Under the pieces are notes generated by a model. That model saw only the letters and a program-made list of their open reading frames with translations, was not told where the DNA came from and searched no databases. Of a DNA stretch of 64,000 bases, positions 1 through 11,689 are shown piece after piece. This DNA is from Pseudomonadota bacterium (GTDB taxonomy: Bacteria > Pseudomonadota > Gammaproteobacteria > Burkholderiales > Burkholderiaceae_C). Position 1 is the stretch's first letter. Every line of letters begins with the position of its first letter. Both the position numbers and the translations under genes were made by a program. The stretch is taken from contig JBPOIP010000030.1 of the NCBI GenBank assembly GCA_052034395.1, positions 25,753 through 89,752 of the forward strand, read 5' to 3'.

Positions 1-2094
1 CGCAAGCCCCATCGACTGCGTCGTTGCCTCGCTGGCTTGATCCAGCAACTGCCGTTCGGAGCCATCTGGCCCGCCCTGCCCTTGCAACGCCTCATGAAAC
101 CGCCTCAGAACCTCGTGCAGCCATAGGCCAAAGTCCCTCTTGTCCACCACGGTGTCGAGTTCATCCACACTTTGCAAACCCAGCTGGCGCATGGCAAAGA
201 ACCGAAAAGGACAGGAACGCAGGTCTTCGTACGCGCTGGCAGACAGGGTCGTCACCGGCAACAATTCTCCGGTCGGACGTGGCAATGAGACCGGCGCCGC
301 CACAACCGTACGGCTCCGGCGCGGATCTGCGGCCAATGCTTGCGCACAACATGCAATTTGAGCGCTTTGGACCAAAGCACTGGGCGGAAGTGCCTCTCCA
401 GAATCGTCACTGCAGCGCCAAAGCACGTCGCAATATGGCGTACGCAACGCCTGAAACCAGGCTGTACCAAGCGCGTCCCTCAGGTCTTCGCGGGCGGGCA
501 GACCCAGCGCCGTACGCTGCGCTGTTGTCCAGCCTCCCGGAGGTTCGGGAGCGGGATCCAGTCTGACTTCATCGCACCCGGCCATGACAGCAGCTGCGAA
601 CGGACGCGCCAGCATCTGGCTCAATGGCAAGATGACAACCTGCTCATGGGTTGGGTAGACTGGAGAAAAGCTCGCACCCTCCAGAACCTGATTGACCCAA
701 TGGGTGAACTCCGCAAGGTCCATTCGCCTCTGCGACCACAGAGCAACCCCGCACAGGTTCTCCCATTCAGGCGTGGCGGGCTGTGCCAGATGCAAAGCGG
801 CCAACACCTCGGCCCCTGGTCCATCCGTCTCCAACCTGTTCCACAGGCCAATGGATTGCAGGGCATGGCGCAGTGCAGACAACCAGGCAGGTAGCGTACG
901 ACTCTGTTGCAAACTGTCCCTGAGCCCTTCGACGATGCCATGCATCGCCATTGCCTTGGATGAAGCCTGCAGTGCCTGTCCCTTTCCAGCCGCACTCCAC
1001 AGCGCCGATCGGTCGCGGCGCAGTGCGGCCTCAAGGTCGGAAACACCGTCCTCCAGGTCCGGAACCAATTTGAGCCAGCACAGGACCGCATCGCTGGTCG
1101 CACTCCATACTGCGGCCCTCAAAGTGGCCATGACCTGAGCGGCCGCATGGCTGGTGGACAGTTTCCAACCGGTTTCATCGCGCATTTGCACCCCCAAGCT
1201 CTCCAGCATGGAACGAATGCGACGGGTCAGCGCGCGGTCGGAAGACACCATGGCCACAGGAATGCGGTCTGCCGAAATATGTGCAATCGCACAGGACGCT
1301 GCACGTTGTGCCTCATCTTCAGCATCCTGGCACGCATGCCATGACAACCTGCTGTCAATTTGTTTGGGCAGTGGCTGCACATCCGCAAGAAGGGGCATAT
1401 GCACCAGCCGATCCGCCCACACCGTCTTGAGCGCGGCAACCATGGGGACGGACGACAACCCGCTTACGACGACCAGGCAATCCAGCACATCAACCGTTTC
1501 CGGGCTGAAGACCATGTCACTGGCATAGGCAGACTGTGCCGCCCACTCGACTGCAATACGCGCCAGGCTTGCTTCAATCGCCAGTGCCGGGCTTTCCATG
1601 CCGATCACGGCCGACCTTCGTGCCTGCTGTGCCCAATCCTTGCGTGCGTCGGGAAGGCAGGCCGCAGCCATGGGGGCCAACTGGTGCGCCGCCTGAACCA
1701 GCAACGCAGCCAGTTTGTCCCGTTGCGACCCGAGGCCTGCTGCGCGCAGCAACGCGCCTGCTGTGAGCGTGTCCTGCGCGACATCAAACGCAATGTCCGT
1801 TGGTCCAGGAACGAAGTTGCCCAGCGCGGTGGTCCAATTGAGGGTTGTTTCAAACCGGGGGGAAAAACCGTCAGAAAAACATCGTGTCCACAAACGAGCT
1901 GCCAGAGGTAGCAATTGCGCGTACGGCAAAAGAATCAGCGTGCGGGCAGGATGCGCATTTCGCGCGCACATTGCCTCCCGAATCCGCGCAAACAACCCAT
2001 TTGACGGATTGACCCACAGTTCGACGGAAGGATGACCATCACCAAAGTTCGCCCCCCATCCGGCCGGAGAATCAATTTTTGCTATGCCGGTCAT
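1..2094 (-). CDS. PD-(D/E)XK nuclease family protein (AddB/RecB-like), 3' end runs off the window
   Basis: Not in the ORF track because it is open at the left edge. Manual translation of both ends: ATG at 2094 gives [13 protein letters not shown]...[18 protein letters not shown]...PRFETTLNW; near the edge the minus strand reads [24 protein letters not shown]...[13 protein letters not shown], typical of AddB-like proteins. The middle was not translated in full. Confidence 0.82.
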   Translation of the reverse strand, partial: MTGIAKIDSPAGWGANFGDGHPSVELWVNPSNGLFARIREAMCARNAHPARTLILLPYAQLLPLAARLWTRCFSDGFSPRFETTLNWTTALGNFVPGPTDIAFDVAQDTLTAGALLRAAGLGSQRDKLAALLVQAAHQLAPMAAACLPDARKDWAQQARRSAVIGMESPALAIEASLARIAVEWAAQSAYASDMVFSPETVDVLDCLVVVSGLSSVPMVAALKTVWADRLVHMPLLADVQPLPKQIDSRLSWHACQDAEDEAQRAASCAIAHISADRIPVAMVSSDRALTRRIRSMLESLGVQMRDETGWKLSTSHAAAQVMATLRAAVWSATSDAVLCWLKLVPDLEDGVSDLEAALRRDRSALWSAAGKGQALQASSKAMAMHGIVEGLRDSLQQSRTLPAWLSALRHALQSIGLWNRLETDGPGAEVLAALHLAQPATPEWENLCGVALWSQRRMDLAEFTHWVNQVLEGASFSPVYPTHEQVVILPLSQMLARPFAAAVMAGCDEVRLDPAPEPPGGWTTAQRTALGLPAREDLRDALGTAWFQALRTPYCDVLWRCSDDSGEALPPSALVQSAQIACCAQALAADPRRSRTVVAAPVSLPRPTGELLPVTTLSASAYEDLRSCPFRFFAMRQLGLQSVDELDTVVDKRDFGLWLHEVLRRFHEALQGQGGPDGSERQLLDQASEATTQSMGLA

Positions 2095-2178
2095 AGTGTT
2101 GACGCGTCGGAAAAGGTCTTGGTTTCTGTCACAATGGCCGCCACTTTAGCTGTATCGCAAACTCCAAAAGGAAACACC

Positions 2179-2511
2179 ATGGCCAGCGCCTTGATCAAAC
2201 ACGTAACCGATGCCACTTTTGAAGCGGATGTGCTGAAATCTGCACAGCCAATTTTGGTGGATTACTGGGCCGAATGGTGCGGTCCCTGCAAAATGATTGC
2301 ACCCATTTTGGACGAAGTCTCCGCTGCCTACGAAGGCAAACTCAGCATTGCAAAGATGAACGTGGATGAGAACCGCGAAATTCCTGCCAAGTTTGGTATT
2401 CGGGGCATACCGACGTTGATGCTGTTCAAGGACGGCCAGCTTGCAGCCACCAAGGTGGGTGCGCTTAGCAAGGCACAGTTGATCGCATTCATTGACCAAC
2501 AGTTGGCCTGA
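2179..2511 (+). CDS. trxA: Thioredoxin
   Basis: WAEWCGPC active site; 110 aa from ATG 2179; directly upstream of rho. Confidence 0.97.
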   Translation: MASALIKHVTDATFEADVLKSAQPILVDYWAEWCGPCKMIAPILDEVSAAYEGKLSIAKMNVDENREIPAKFGIRGIPTLMLFKDGQLAATKVGALSKAQLIAFIDQQLA

Positions 2512-2520
2512 TTTCACTTC

Positions 2521-2553
2521 AGCGACCGCGCCGCCGCTGCGTGGTCGCTTTTT
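2521..2553 (+). terminator. Intrinsic terminator after trxA
   Basis: AGCGACC...GGTCGCT stem followed by TTTT. Confidence 0.7.
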
Positions 2554-2555
2554 CC

Positions 2556-2564
2556 TGTCATAAT
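2556..2564 (+). promoter_or_regulatory. Extended -10 promoter candidate for rho
   Basis: TGT-CATAAT about 140 nt upstream of the rho start. Confidence 0.45.
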
Positions 2565-2705
2565 TCACCCGTTTACCAGCGACCCACAAGGCCTGGTCCC
2601 GCTTTACGGGCTAAGAACACAGAGGCCAGACGACAGGATCCTGCCTCGCTCCCTCTCCCCTGATTTTCTTCATTATCCGGTCAACCCCCATACGGGACCC
2701 CATCC

Positions 2706-3968
2706 ATGCATTTAAACGAACTCAAGGCACTGCACGTGTCCGAAGTCCTCAAGCAGGCTGAAGAGCTTGAGATTGAAAACACTGGCCGCATGCGCAAGCA
2801 GGAGTTGATGTTTGCCATCATCAAGAAGCGCGCTCGCACCGGTGAGCAGATCATTGCCGATGGTGTGCTGGAAATCTTGCCCGATGGTTTCGGGTTCTTG
2901 CGCAGCCCGGATACCAGCTACACAGCCAGCACGGACGACATTTACATCAGTCCCAGCCAGGTACGCCGCTTCAATCTGCATACCGGTGACATGATCGAAG
3001 GCGAAGTCCGCACACCCAAGGATGGTGAGCGCTACTTCGCACTGAACAAGCTCGACAAGGTCAACGGCGGCGGACCGGAAGAAAACAAACACAAGGTGAT
3101 GTTTGAAAATCTGACCCCCCTGTTTCCCAAGGAACAGATGAAGCTTGAGCGCGACATCAAGAGCGACGAGAACATCACGGGTCGCATCATCGACATCATT
3201 GCGCCCATCGGAAAAGGACAGCGTGCACTGCTGGTTGCTCCGCCCAAGAGCGGCAAGACGGTGATGATGCAGCACATCGCCCATGCCATTTCCGCCAATT
3301 ACCCCAATAGCCACATGATGGTATTGCTGGTGGATGAGCGTCCTGAGGAAGTGACAGAAATGCAGCGGACCGTCAAAGGTGAGGTGATTGCATCCACGTT
3401 TGATGAACCTGCCGCACGCCATGTGCATGTAGCCGAAATGGTGATCGAGCGCGCCAAGCGTCTGGTCGAACTGAAGAAGGATGTGGTCATTTTGCTGGAC
3501 TCCATCACGCGGCTGGCGCGGGCCTACAACAATGTGGTTCCATCCTCGGGCAAGGTGCTGACCGGCGGTGTGGATTCGAATGCGCTGCAACGCCCCAAGC
3601 GGTTTCTGGGCGCAGCGCGGAATGTGGAAGAAGGTGGCTCACTGACCATCATCGCCACAGCACTGGTTGATACCGGAAGTCGCATGGATGAGGTGATCTT
3701 TGAAGAGTTCAAGGGAACCGGAAACTCCGAAATACACCTGGACCGCCGCCTGTACGAAAAGCGTGTATTTCCCTCCATTCAACTCAATCGCAGCGGTACC
3801 CGGCGCGAAGAGTTGCTGCTGCAACCTGAAATTCTTCAAAAAACCAGAATATTGCGCCAGTTCCTGTACAACATGGACGAAATCGAATCCATGGACATGG
3901 TGCTCAAGCAGATGAAAGCCACGAAGACCAACAGCGAATTTTTCGACATGATGCGCAGGGGTGGATAG
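2706..3968 (+). CDS. rho: Transcription termination factor Rho
   Basis: 420 aa; DGFGFLR RNA-binding motif, APPKSGKT Walker [14 protein letters not shown]. Confidence 0.98.
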   Translation: MHLNELKALHVSEVLKQAEELEIENTGRMRKQELMFAIIKKRARTGEQIIADGVLEILPDGFGFLRSPDTSYTASTDDIYISPSQVRRFNLHTGDMIEGEVRTPKDGERYFALNKLDKVNGGGPEENKHKVMFENLTPLFPKEQMKLERDIKSDENITGRIIDIIAPIGKGQRALLVAPPKSGKTVMMQHIAHAISANYPNSHMMVLLVDERPEEVTEMQRTVKGEVIASTFDEPAARHVHVAEMVIERAKRLVELKKDVVILLDSITRLARAYNNVVPSSGKVLTGGVDSNALQRPKRFLGAARNVEEGGSLTIIATALVDTGSRMDEVIFEEFKGTGNSEIHLDRRLYEKRVFPSIQLNRSGTRREELLLQPEILQKTRILRQFLYNMDEIESMDMVLKQMKATKTNSEFFDMMRRGG

Positions 3969-3970
3969 GC

Positions 3971-3976
3971 TATAAT
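3971..3976 (+). promoter_or_regulatory. -10 element for rpmE2
   Basis: Perfect TATAAT 65 nt upstream of the L31 start. Confidence 0.5.
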
Positions 3977-4040
3977 GTCGGGTTTACGCGAAAAGTACGC
4001 TAGATAGGCTGGCGCGGCTATTGCGATTGATGGAGATAGT

Positions 4041-4298
4041 ATGAAAGAAGGCATTCACCCCAATTACCGTGAAGTGTGCTTTATGGACATGTCAAACAAC
4101 TTCAAGTTTGTGACGCGTTCTTGTGCCAGCACCAAGGAAATGATTGACATGGAAGACGGTCGCAAGCTGCCTCTGTACAAGCTGGACACCACCAGCGAAT
4201 CGCATCCCTTCTACACCGGTACCCAAAAATCCGTGGACAACATGGGTGGTCGGGTGGAGCGTTTCCGCAACCGCTTTGGCAAAACTACCGCAAAATAA
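4041..4298 (+). CDS. rpmE2: 50S ribosomal protein L31 type B (no Zn ribbon)
   Basis: MKEGIHPNY...SHPFYTG; 85 aa; lacks CxxC pairs. Confidence 0.95.
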   Translation: MKEGIHPNYREVCFMDMSNNFKFVTRSCASTKEMIDMEDGRKLPLYKLDTTSESHPFYTGTQKSVDNMGGRVERFRNRFGKTTAK

Positions 4299-4330
4299 TC
4301 CGCATCAGGTTTTTGACCTGAGCCCTTACC

Positions 4331-4363
4331 AAAAAGCAGCCCGGGGTTCCGTGCTGCTTTTTT
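4331..4363 (+). terminator. Bidirectional-type intrinsic terminator
   Basis: AAAAAGCAGC-loop-GCTGCTTTTTT. Confidence 0.8.
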
Positions 4364-4379
4364 CATTGGATCGTACGCC

Positions 4380-6083
4380 TTGAACATCCCGACCCCAGCC
4401 ATCGTCACCCAGGCAGGTGCCCGTCGTTTGCCGCGCTGGGCTTTGCTGTTGCTGTGCTGCGCCTACATCTTGACGGGGTTTATTGGCAGGGAAGCTTGGA
4501 AGAGCGACGACATGGCGGCGCTGGGCTACATGACAGAACTGGTGCAGGGCAGCTCAAATTGGCTTGCGCCAACCCTTATGGGTGCAGCCACGGACAACCC
4601 CGCCGTGCTGCCCTACTGGATGGGTGCCTGGGCCATGCAGATCGCTCCCGAATGGGTTTCACCTGATTTCAGCGTGCGCATTCCCTTTGGAGTATTGCTC
4701 GGGCTTGCCATGGTTGCGACCTGGTATGGAACCTACTTCCTCGCGCGCGATCCACTGGCCCAACCGGTCGCATTTGCCTTTGGCGGCGAAGCACTGCCCG
4801 CTGACTATGCCCGGGCCATGGCGGATGGTGGGCTCCTGGCATTCATTGCCTGCCTGGGCCTGGCACGGTTATCGCATGAGACAACACCCGCCCTTTCGCA
4901 ACTCGGATTCTCCGCCCTTGTCTTTTACGCCATGGGCGCACTGCCGTATCGGAGAAATGGCGCAATCGTAGCGATCGTCGCCGGACTTTTGGGCTTGACC
5001 CTGTCAGGCGCACCCGCGATGGCGTTGGTGCTGGGCCTTGGCAGTGCAGCGCTACACTATTTCGATCGATCCAGCGACAGCACGCAAGGACAGAATCCAC
5101 AACAAATTGGAACTCAGAGCGCGCTGATTGTCCTAGCGACCCTGCTGGCAATAGCGGTTGGTATTTCGCTGGATTTGGTACGCTGGAAAATCCAGCTACC
5201 CCGTGCAGTATGGGCCGACTGGAGTGGGCATATCCAGCTCATGATCTGGTTTACCTGGCCTGCCTGGCCGTTGGCCCTGTGGACACTATGGCGTTGGCGC
5301 CATCAACTGTTCATCAGAAAATTCAGGCGCCACATTGCGTTGCCCGCTTGGTTTGTTTCGGTCTGCATCGTTGCAACATTGACAACCGGATCACCGGATC
5401 GCAGCTTGCTTCTGGCGCTTCCAGCCATGTCCACACTGGCGGCTTTTGCACTTCCGACCCTGCAGCGCCAGGTTGGCGCACTGATTGATTGGTTCACACT
5501 GCTGTTTTTTTCCGGCTGTGCATTTGTCATTTGGGTCGTGTGGGTCGCCATGCAGACGGGCGTTCCAGCTCAGCCGGCTGCAAACGTGAGCCGGCTTGCG
5601 CCTGGATTTTCGCCAAGTTTTTCGTTTATTGCTTTCGGCGCTGCATGCGTGGCCACGTTTGCCTGGGCTTGGCTGGTCAAATGGCGCGTGGGGCGGCATA
5701 GAGCAGCAATCTGGAAGAGTCTGGTATTGCCTGCGGGCGGCGCAACCCTAAGCTGGTTGCTTCTAATGACCCTGTGGATGCCTTTGCTGAACTACGCGCA
5801 AAGTTACACAGCACTGGTTCAGCGCACGGTGCAGCATATGGAGGTAACGGGGTGCGTCGAAACATTGGGACTGGGACAAGGACAAATCGCAGCTTTCCAG
5901 TTCTATGGAAAGCTCCAGCTCAAAACCATGCAAGCCCAACCGCAGTGCCCGTGGCTGCTGGTTGAACCCCTGTCAGACCTGTCGGCGCCTGCCGGTCTGG
6001 ACACTGCCGCGTGGTCACTGGAAACACTCATTGAACACCCGGCGAATGCAGGCGAATCTGTTCTGCTTTTCCGGCGAAACTGA
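4380..6083 (+). CDS. ArnT/PMT-like (GT-C fold) polytopic inner-membrane protein
   Basis: 567 aa, TTG start, many hydrophobic segments; N-terminal REAWKSDD resembles the acidic loop of ArnT-like enzymes. Confidence 0.6.
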   Translation: MNIPTPAIVTQAGARRLPRWALLLLCCAYILTGFIGREAWKSDDMAALGYMTELVQGSSNWLAPTLMGAATDNPAVLPYWMGAWAMQIAPEWVSPDFSVRIPFGVLLGLAMVATWYGTYFLARDPLAQPVAFAFGGEALPADYARAMADGGLLAFIACLGLARLSHETTPALSQLGFSALVFYAMGALPYRRNGAIVAIVAGLLGLTLSGAPAMALVLGLGSAALHYFDRSSDSTQGQNPQQIGTQSALIVLATLLAIAVGISLDLVRWKIQLPRAVWADWSGHIQLMIWFTWPAWPLALWTLWRWRHQLFIRKFRRHIALPAWFVSVCIVATLTTGSPDRSLLLALPAMSTLAAFALPTLQRQVGALIDWFTLLFFSGCAFVIWVVWVAMQTGVPAQPAANVSRLAPGFSPSFSFIAFGAACVATFAWAWLVKWRVGRHRAAIWKSLVLPAGGATLSWLLLMTLWMPLLNYAQSYTALVQRTVQHMEVTGCVETLGLGQGQIAAFQFYGKLQLKTMQAQPQCPWLLVEPLSDLSAPAGLDTAAWSLETLIEHPANAGESVLLFRRN

Positions 6084-6092
6084 GTCACCCCG

Positions 6093-7436
6093 CTACGACA
6101 TTGTCGGTGTACCCAGTGTCTTCCTGACCCTATGCACGGGAAAGCCAACAGAAAATGTCGACCCCTGCCCAGGTGTACTTTCAATCGTCAACTCAGCCCC
6201 ATGGCGTTGTGCGACATGCTTGACAATGGCGAGACCCAAGCCCGTCCCGCCGGTGTCACGGGACCGACTACGATCGACCCGGTAAAAGCGCTCCGTCAAT
6301 CGCGGAATATGCTCCTGCGCAATTCCTGGTCCCTGATCCCGTACCTGAAACAGTGCATTGCCATCGGGCAACAACCTGAAACTCACCTCGATTCGCCCTC
6401 CACTCGGCGTGTACCGAATCGCGTTACTGATCAGATTCGAAATTGCGCTATGCAGTTCCACCGAAGAACCCGCAATTTCGTAGCCGTTTTCGCGATTGAA
6501 CGCCAGTTCATGCGGCTGAACAGACAATATCCGTGAAAGGTCCAGTGCGTCCTGTTCACACTGCCGCATCAGTAGATCCACCGAAACCCAGTCATGTACC
6601 GAAGGCAATGGACTGCCCTCCAGACGAGAAAGCGTCAACAAATCACTGACCAGCGTTTGCATGCGCTGGGCCTGCTGTGACATCAAACCCAGATAACGCT
6701 GACGCTCCTTTTCATCCAGTGACAGCGTCTGCAAAGTCTCAACAAAGCCCGCCAGAACGGTCAAAGGCGTGCGTATTTCATGCGACACGTTGGCAACGAA
6801 ATCCCTGCGCATGGCTTCGGCCTGTTCCACAGCCGTGATATCACGCGACAGCAAAAGGACACGCCCTTCGCCGTAGGGATGGAGATGCACTGACAGCTTC
6901 ACCGGCTTGAATGCATTGCTTGAGCGACCTGGCATCGTGATGTCGCTGTGGAAATTGCGCGCAGACAGATAAGCCGAAAAACCCGGGTCGCGCACCAGAT
7001 TGCCAATGTGCTGCAACATGTCTCGCCGCGCATCAAATCCGAAATGCTCAGCCGCAGTCTGGTTGAACCATTCAATGCGTGTATCGGAGTCCAGCAGCAC
7101 CACCCCATTGGGCGAAGCCTGCAGCGCTGCCAGAAAGTCTTCCAGACGGCTATCGCTTTCCTTGGCCAGGCGACTGCCAGCACGCAAAATGCGTCGCACA
7201 CGATCGTGTGCCTCACCCCAGAGTCCACTTCCGAGATTCAGTTCATTGGACGCACCGTCACGCAACCATCGCAGCAAGCGCAATCCACGCACGGAGTCCA
7301 TCACAAACCAAAGAAAACTCCCAGCCATCGCCAACGATAGCGCGGTGACCCATTGGTGCCCATCCAAGGCCAACACCCACCCCAAACCTGCGCCAAAGGC
7401 CTGACACAAAACCAGGGTGATAAACCGCCAAAACAT
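6093..7436 (-). CDS. phoR: Phosphate regulon sensor histidine kinase PhoR
   Basis: FVANVSHEIRTPLT H-box, NLISNAIRY, GTGLGLAIVKH, PAS region; downstream of phoB. Confidence 0.96.
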   Translation of the reverse strand: MFWRFITLVLCQAFGAGLGWVLALDGHQWVTALSLAMAGSFLWFVMDSVRGLRLLRWLRDGASNELNLGSGLWGEAHDRVRRILRAGSRLAKESDSRLEDFLAALQASPNGVVLLDSDTRIEWFNQTAAEHFGFDARRDMLQHIGNLVRDPGFSAYLSARNFHSDITMPGRSSNAFKPVKLSVHLHPYGEGRVLLLSRDITAVEQAEAMRRDFVANVSHEIRTPLTVLAGFVETLQTLSLDEKERQRYLGLMSQQAQRMQTLVSDLLTLSRLEGSPLPSVHDWVSVDLLMRQCEQDALDLSRILSVQPHELAFNRENGYEIAGSSVELHSAISNLISNAIRYTPSGGRIEVSFRLLPDGNALFQVRDQGPGIAQEHIPRLTERFYRVDRSRSRDTGGTGLGLAIVKHVAQRHGAELTIESTPGQGSTFSVGFPVHRVRKTLGTPTMS

Positions 7437-7454
7437 CAGATCGGCCCGCAGCAG

Positions 7455-8183
7455 CTACAGGCTCGCTTTTTCTGTTGAACTTGAAACAACCGAAGCAGGT
7501 GTGGCAGTCAGGCGATAGCCCGCGCCCCGCACGGTCTCCACCATGGCACCTGCCTGCGCAAGGGATTCGCGAAGCCGCTTGACGTGGACATCCACCGTAC
7601 GCTCTTCAATGTACACATGGTCACCCCACACGTTGTCCAGCAACTGCGCACGGCTGTGAACCCGCTCCCGATGTCCCATGAAGTAGTGCAGCAGCTTGAA
7701 CTCGGTTGGACCGAGTTTCAACGGCTGATTCTCAAATGAAACCCGGTGGGTCGCGGGATCCAGCACCAAACCACCCATGGTCATTACTTCACCTGCCTGC
7801 TCCGGTGTGCGCCGACGCAGCACAGCCCGTATGCGCGCCAGCAATTCCTTGGTCGAAAAAGGCTTGGCGATGTAGTCGTCTGCACCGGCATCCAGACCGG
7901 CAACGCGGTCTGCTTCGTCACCGCGGGCCGTCAACATGATCAACGGTACCGACTGTGTTTTGGGATCCGCGCGCCAGCGCTTGGCCAGCGTCAACCCACT
8001 CTCGCCGGGCAGCATCCAGTCCAGAAGGATCAAGTCCGGCAAACCTGCATCCAGATCACGCTGGGCCGTCACGCTGTCCATGGCCCAAATTGGCCGGAAA
8101 CCGTTATGTCGCAGGTTGACCGCGATAAGTTCCGCAATGGCAGCTTCATCTTCCACCACCAGAACAGACGGCATATTTCTCAT
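7455..8183 (-). CDS. phoB: Phosphate regulon response regulator PhoB
   Basis: Receiver domain (LLDWMLPG) plus OmpR-type wHTH (RTVDVHVKRLR); ATGA overlap with the phoU stop. Confidence 0.96.
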   Translation of the reverse strand: MRNMPSVLVVEDEAAIAELIAVNLRHNGFRPIWAMDSVTAQRDLDAGLPDLILLDWMLPGESGLTLAKRWRADPKTQSVPLIMLTARGDEADRVAGLDAGADDYIAKPFSTKELLARIRAVLRRRTPEQAGEVMTMGGLVLDPATHRVSFENQPLKLGPTEFKLLHYFMGHRERVHSRAQLLDNVWGDHVYIEERTVDVHVKRLRESLAQAGAMVETVRGAGYRLTATPASVVSSSTEKASL

Positions 8184-8881
8184 TTGATGACCAACTCGAT
8201 GTTTTCCATGGATGTGTGACGCACATCCTCACCTTTGACCACATAAATGATGAACTCGGCAATATTCTTGGAATGGTCACCAATCCGCTCAATCGCTTTG
8301 GCCAGAAACAACAGATCCAGACTGGGCGAAATCATGCGGGGATCCTCCATCATGTAGGTGATCAGTTTGCGCACAAAGCCGTCAAACTCCACATCGATCA
8401 AGTCGTCCTCTTTCAAGATGGAAACTGCTGCAGAAACATCCAGTCTCGCAAACGCATCCAGCGCCTTTCTGAGCAGTCCGGAGGCCAGATCGGCGGCAAC
8501 GCGCAGTTCCAGTGAAGGAAGCGACCGCGGGGATCCACTTTGTATGATGGAGCGAACCATACGGGCAATCTTTTCCGCCTCATCGCCCACTCGCTCGAGA
8601 TTCGCTGTCGTCTTGGAGATTGCAATCAAGAGGCGAAGGTCTCGCGCAGTCGGTTGGCGTCGTGCAATGATGGATGACAGTTCGCGATCAATTTCGACCT
8701 CCATCGCATTCACGCGTGCTTCATTCGCCGTCACCTCGTCAGAGACTTCAACGCTGAACTGTGACAACGCAAAAATGGCCCGGCGAATCTGTGACTCGAC
8801 CAAACCACCGAGCTCCATGACCTGTGAGGAGACCGAAGTCAGTTCACTGTCGAATTGTGTTGATAGGTGTTTATCAGGCAT
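8180..8881 (-). CDS. phoU: Phosphate signalling protein PhoU
   Basis: RRQPTARDLR, LERVGDEA, IERIGDHSKNIAE. Confidence 0.96.
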   Translation of the reverse strand: MPDKHLSTQFDSELTSVSSQVMELGGLVESQIRRAIFALSQFSVEVSDEVTANEARVNAMEVEIDRELSSIIARRQPTARDLRLLIAISKTTANLERVGDEAEKIARMVRSIIQSGSPRSLPSLELRVAADLASGLLRKALDAFARLDVSAAVSILKEDDLIDVEFDGFVRKLITYMMEDPRMISPSLDLLFLAKAIERIGDHSKNIAEFIIYVVKGEDVRHTSMENIELVIK

Positions 8882-8943
8882 GGGGGTCTCTCAATCTGTC
8901 TGCCGCAAAGCCCATTGCTCAGCATGCAGTGTGTAACACAACA

Positions 8944-9723
8944 TCATCCAAATCTTCCGGTAATGTAGTCTTCGGTTTCCTTGCGGTTGGGCTTGAAGAA
9001 CATTTGCTCCGTAGCGCCAAACTCCACCAGATCACCCAGATACATGTACGCCGTGTAATCGCTGCAACGTGCTGCCTGCTGCATGTTGTGCGTGACAATA
9101 ACCACGGTGTAATCGCTCTTGAGCTCCACGATCAACTCCTCGACCTTGGCGGTGGATATGGGGTCAAGCGCTGAACAGGGTTCATCGAGCAACAATACTT
9201 CGGGCTTGATCGCGATACCGCGCGCAATGCAAAGGCGTTGCTGCTGTCCACCCGACAGGCTCGAACCGCTCTGGTGCAATTTATCCTTTACCTCAGTCCA
9301 CAACGCAGACTTGCGCAGTGCCCACTCCACACGCTCTTCCATATCGGTGGCGCTAAGCGACTCAAACAATTTCACACCAAACGCGATGTTGTCAAAAATG
9401 GACATCGGAAACGGCGTGGGCTTCTGAAAAACCATGCCAACCTTGGCGCGCAACAGTGCGACATCTTCCTTGCTCTTCAGCAAGTTCTCACCGTCGAGCA
9501 TGATCTCGCCCTCCGCCCGCTGTTCCGGGTACAGCTCAAACATGCGGTTGAAAACGCGCAACAGCGTCGACTTGCCACAACCGGATGGACCGATGAAGGC
9601 CGTCACCTTGTTCTCGGGAATCTGCAGGTTGATGCTTTTGAGCGCGTGGAACTTGCCGTAGTAAAAATTCAGGTCCTTGACCGAAATCTTTGTCTTTTCG
9701 GTTGCCATAGTGGTGTTCAGCAT
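8944..9723 (-). CDS. pstB: Phosphate ABC transporter ATPase PstB
   Basis: [39 protein letters not shown]. Confidence 0.97.
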   Translation of the reverse strand: MLNTTMATEKTKISVKDLNFYYGKFHALKSINLQIPENKVTAFIGPSGCGKSTLLRVFNRMFELYPEQRAEGEIMLDGENLLKSKEDVALLRAKVGMVFQKPTPFPMSIFDNIAFGVKLFESLSATDMEERVEWALRKSALWTEVKDKLHQSGSSLSGGQQQRLCIARGIAIKPEVLLLDEPCSALDPISTAKVEELIVELKSDYTVVIVTHNMQQAARCSDYTAYMYLGDLVEFGATEQMFFKPNRKETEDYITGRFG

Positions 9724-9756
9724 GGAGTTTTTCAGGTTGTTAGCTGCGAAGAAGAA

Positions 9757-10620
9757 TCAGATCCTGGAGCGGGTCAGTACCCGGGCAAGAATGTTCAGAC
9801 CCAAAACCGCTGCGGTGATGATAAAAACGCCAGCCCACGCCAGCTTTTGCCAGTTCTCATAGGGACTCATGGCAAACTTGAAAATGGTCACTGGCAGGCT
9901 TGCCATCGGCTCACTGAGACTGCTGGTCCAGAACTGGTTGCTCAATGCCGTGAATAGCAAAGGCGCCGTCTCACCGGCAATACGCGCTACCGCCAGGAGG
10001 ACACCCGTGATCACGCCGGCTCGCGCCGCCTTGAGCGTGATGCTCAAAATGACCTTCCACTTGGGCGCACCCAACGCATAAGCTGCTTCGCGCAAACCGG
10101 GTGGAACCAGCTGAAGCATGTTCTCTGTGGTGCGGATAACCACCGGAATCACCAGCAGTGATAAAGCCAGGATCCCCGCATAGCCCGAAAAGGACTTGAA
10201 TCGGGACACCACAACGGCATACACAAATAGTCCGATCACAATGGATGGCGCAGACAGCAAAATATCATTCACAAAACGCGTCAAAGACGCCAGCCAACCC
10301 TTGGTATTGAACTCTGCCAGATAGATCCCCGCCATCACCCCGATGGGCGTGCCCAACCCGGTTGCCAGAACCACCATCAACAATGAACCGAAGATGGCGT
10401 TTGCCAATCCGCCCTCATCATTGGGAGGAGGCGTCATTTGCGTGAAGGTGGCGACCGACAATCCACCAATACCCAACAGCAATGTTTCCCACAAAATCCA
10501 GAACAACCAGAAGAGCCCGAAGGACATAGCCGCCAACGCCAAGGTCGTAGCCACGTTGTTCACAACTTTGCGGCGCGCAAATTTGGCTGCGCGTGACTGT
10601 TTTTCTGCGAGCGTGCTCAT
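9757..10620 (-). CDS. pstA: Phosphate ABC transporter permease PstA
   Basis: [13 protein letters not shown] motif, [11 protein letters not shown]. Confidence 0.95.
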   Translation of the reverse strand: MSTLAEKQSRAAKFARRKVVNNVATTLALAAMSFGLFWLFWILWETLLLGIGGLSVATFTQMTPPPNDEGGLANAIFGSLLMVVLATGLGTPIGVMAGIYLAEFNTKGWLASLTRFVNDILLSAPSIVIGLFVYAVVVSRFKSFSGYAGILALSLLVIPVVIRTTENMLQLVPPGLREAAYALGAPKWKVILSITLKAARAGVITGVLLAVARIAGETAPLLFTALSNQFWTSSLSEPMASLPVTIFKFAMSPYENWQKLAWAGVFIITAAVLGLNILARVLTRSRI

Positions 10621-11648
10621 GTTTTTGTACCTTCGCCTTTGCGCAGCTGGGACAGCAATAACTTGGACAGCGAGAGGATCACAAATGTAATAAAGAACAG
10701 CACCAATCCAAGGTACATCAACGATGCCTGGTGCAAGCCCTCACCCGCTTCGGCGAACTCATTGGCCAGCGCCGAGGTAATGCTGTTTGCCGCCTGAAAC
10801 AAGCTGAGCGAGTCCAACTGGTTGAAGTTTCCGATAACAAAAGTCACCGCCATGGTCTCGCCAATGGCACGGCCCAGGCCCAGCATGATTCCGCCAATGA
10901 CTCCCGCTTTTGTGTAGGGCAGGACAACCTTGGTGACAACCTCCCACGTCGTCGCGCCCAGCCCATAGGCGGACTCTTTCAGCAACGGAGGCGTGACTTC
11001 AAACACATCGCGCATCACTGCTGCGATAAATGGGATGATCATGATGGCCAGAATCACCCCGGCCGACAGGATACCGATACCAACCGGCGGTCCGGACACG
11101 AAAGCGCCAAGGTATGGAACCCCGGCAAATGCGGCCTGGAGTGGCTGTTGCACATACGTTGCCAGCACAGGCCCGAACACCAGCAAACCCCACATGCCAT
11201 ACACAATGGACGGCACGGCCGCCAGCAACTCGATAGCGGTACCCAATGGCCGCTTGAGCCACGCTGGCGACAACTCGGTCAAAAACAACGCAATACCAAA
11301 GCTCACGGGAACGGCGATCAACAAAGCGATGAAAGACGTTGCCAGCGTTCCATAAATCATCACCAGACCGCCAAATTCCTCCTTGACCGGATCCCATGTC
11401 GTGTTGGTCAAGAAACCAAGCCCGTACTTTTCAATGGCGGGCCATGCACTGATGGTCAGTGAAACCAGAATGGCAACCAGCATTCCCAAAGTTATGAGCG
11501 CAGCACCCTGGGCCATCCAGCCAAAGATACGGTCGGCCATGGGGCCGGAACGGGCCCTTTTGATAGGTGGAGGGTGGATCATTGCGCGAACTGACGGTGT
11601 TGCAGATTGGTGGGACGAAAAGTCGCCACTGGCCAGTGTAGATGACAT
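10617..11648 (-). CDS. pstC: Phosphate ABC transporter permease PstC
   Basis: [31 protein letters not shown]. Confidence 0.95.
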   Translation of the reverse strand: MSSTLASGDFSSHQSATPSVRAMIHPPPIKRARSGPMADRIFGWMAQGAALITLGMLVAILVSLTISAWPAIEKYGLGFLTNTTWDPVKEEFGGLVMIYGTLATSFIALLIAVPVSFGIALFLTELSPAWLKRPLGTAIELLAAVPSIVYGMWGLLVFGPVLATYVQQPLQAAFAGVPYLGAFVSGPPVGIGILSAGVILAIMIIPFIAAVMRDVFEVTPPLLKESAYGLGATTWEVVTKVVLPYTKAGVIGGIMLGLGRAIGETMAVTFVIGNFNQLDSLSLFQAANSITSALANEFAEAGEGLHQASLMYLGLVLFFITFVILSLSKLLLSQLRKGEGTKT

Positions 11649-11689
11649 ATTCAGCTTTCGGTATCAACCCGAATGGCTTTTACCGCGCC

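Noticed and set aside
2555-2561. CTGTCAT half-site before rho
   Set aside because: Single half-site, better explained as part of an extended -10 (TGT-CATAAT).
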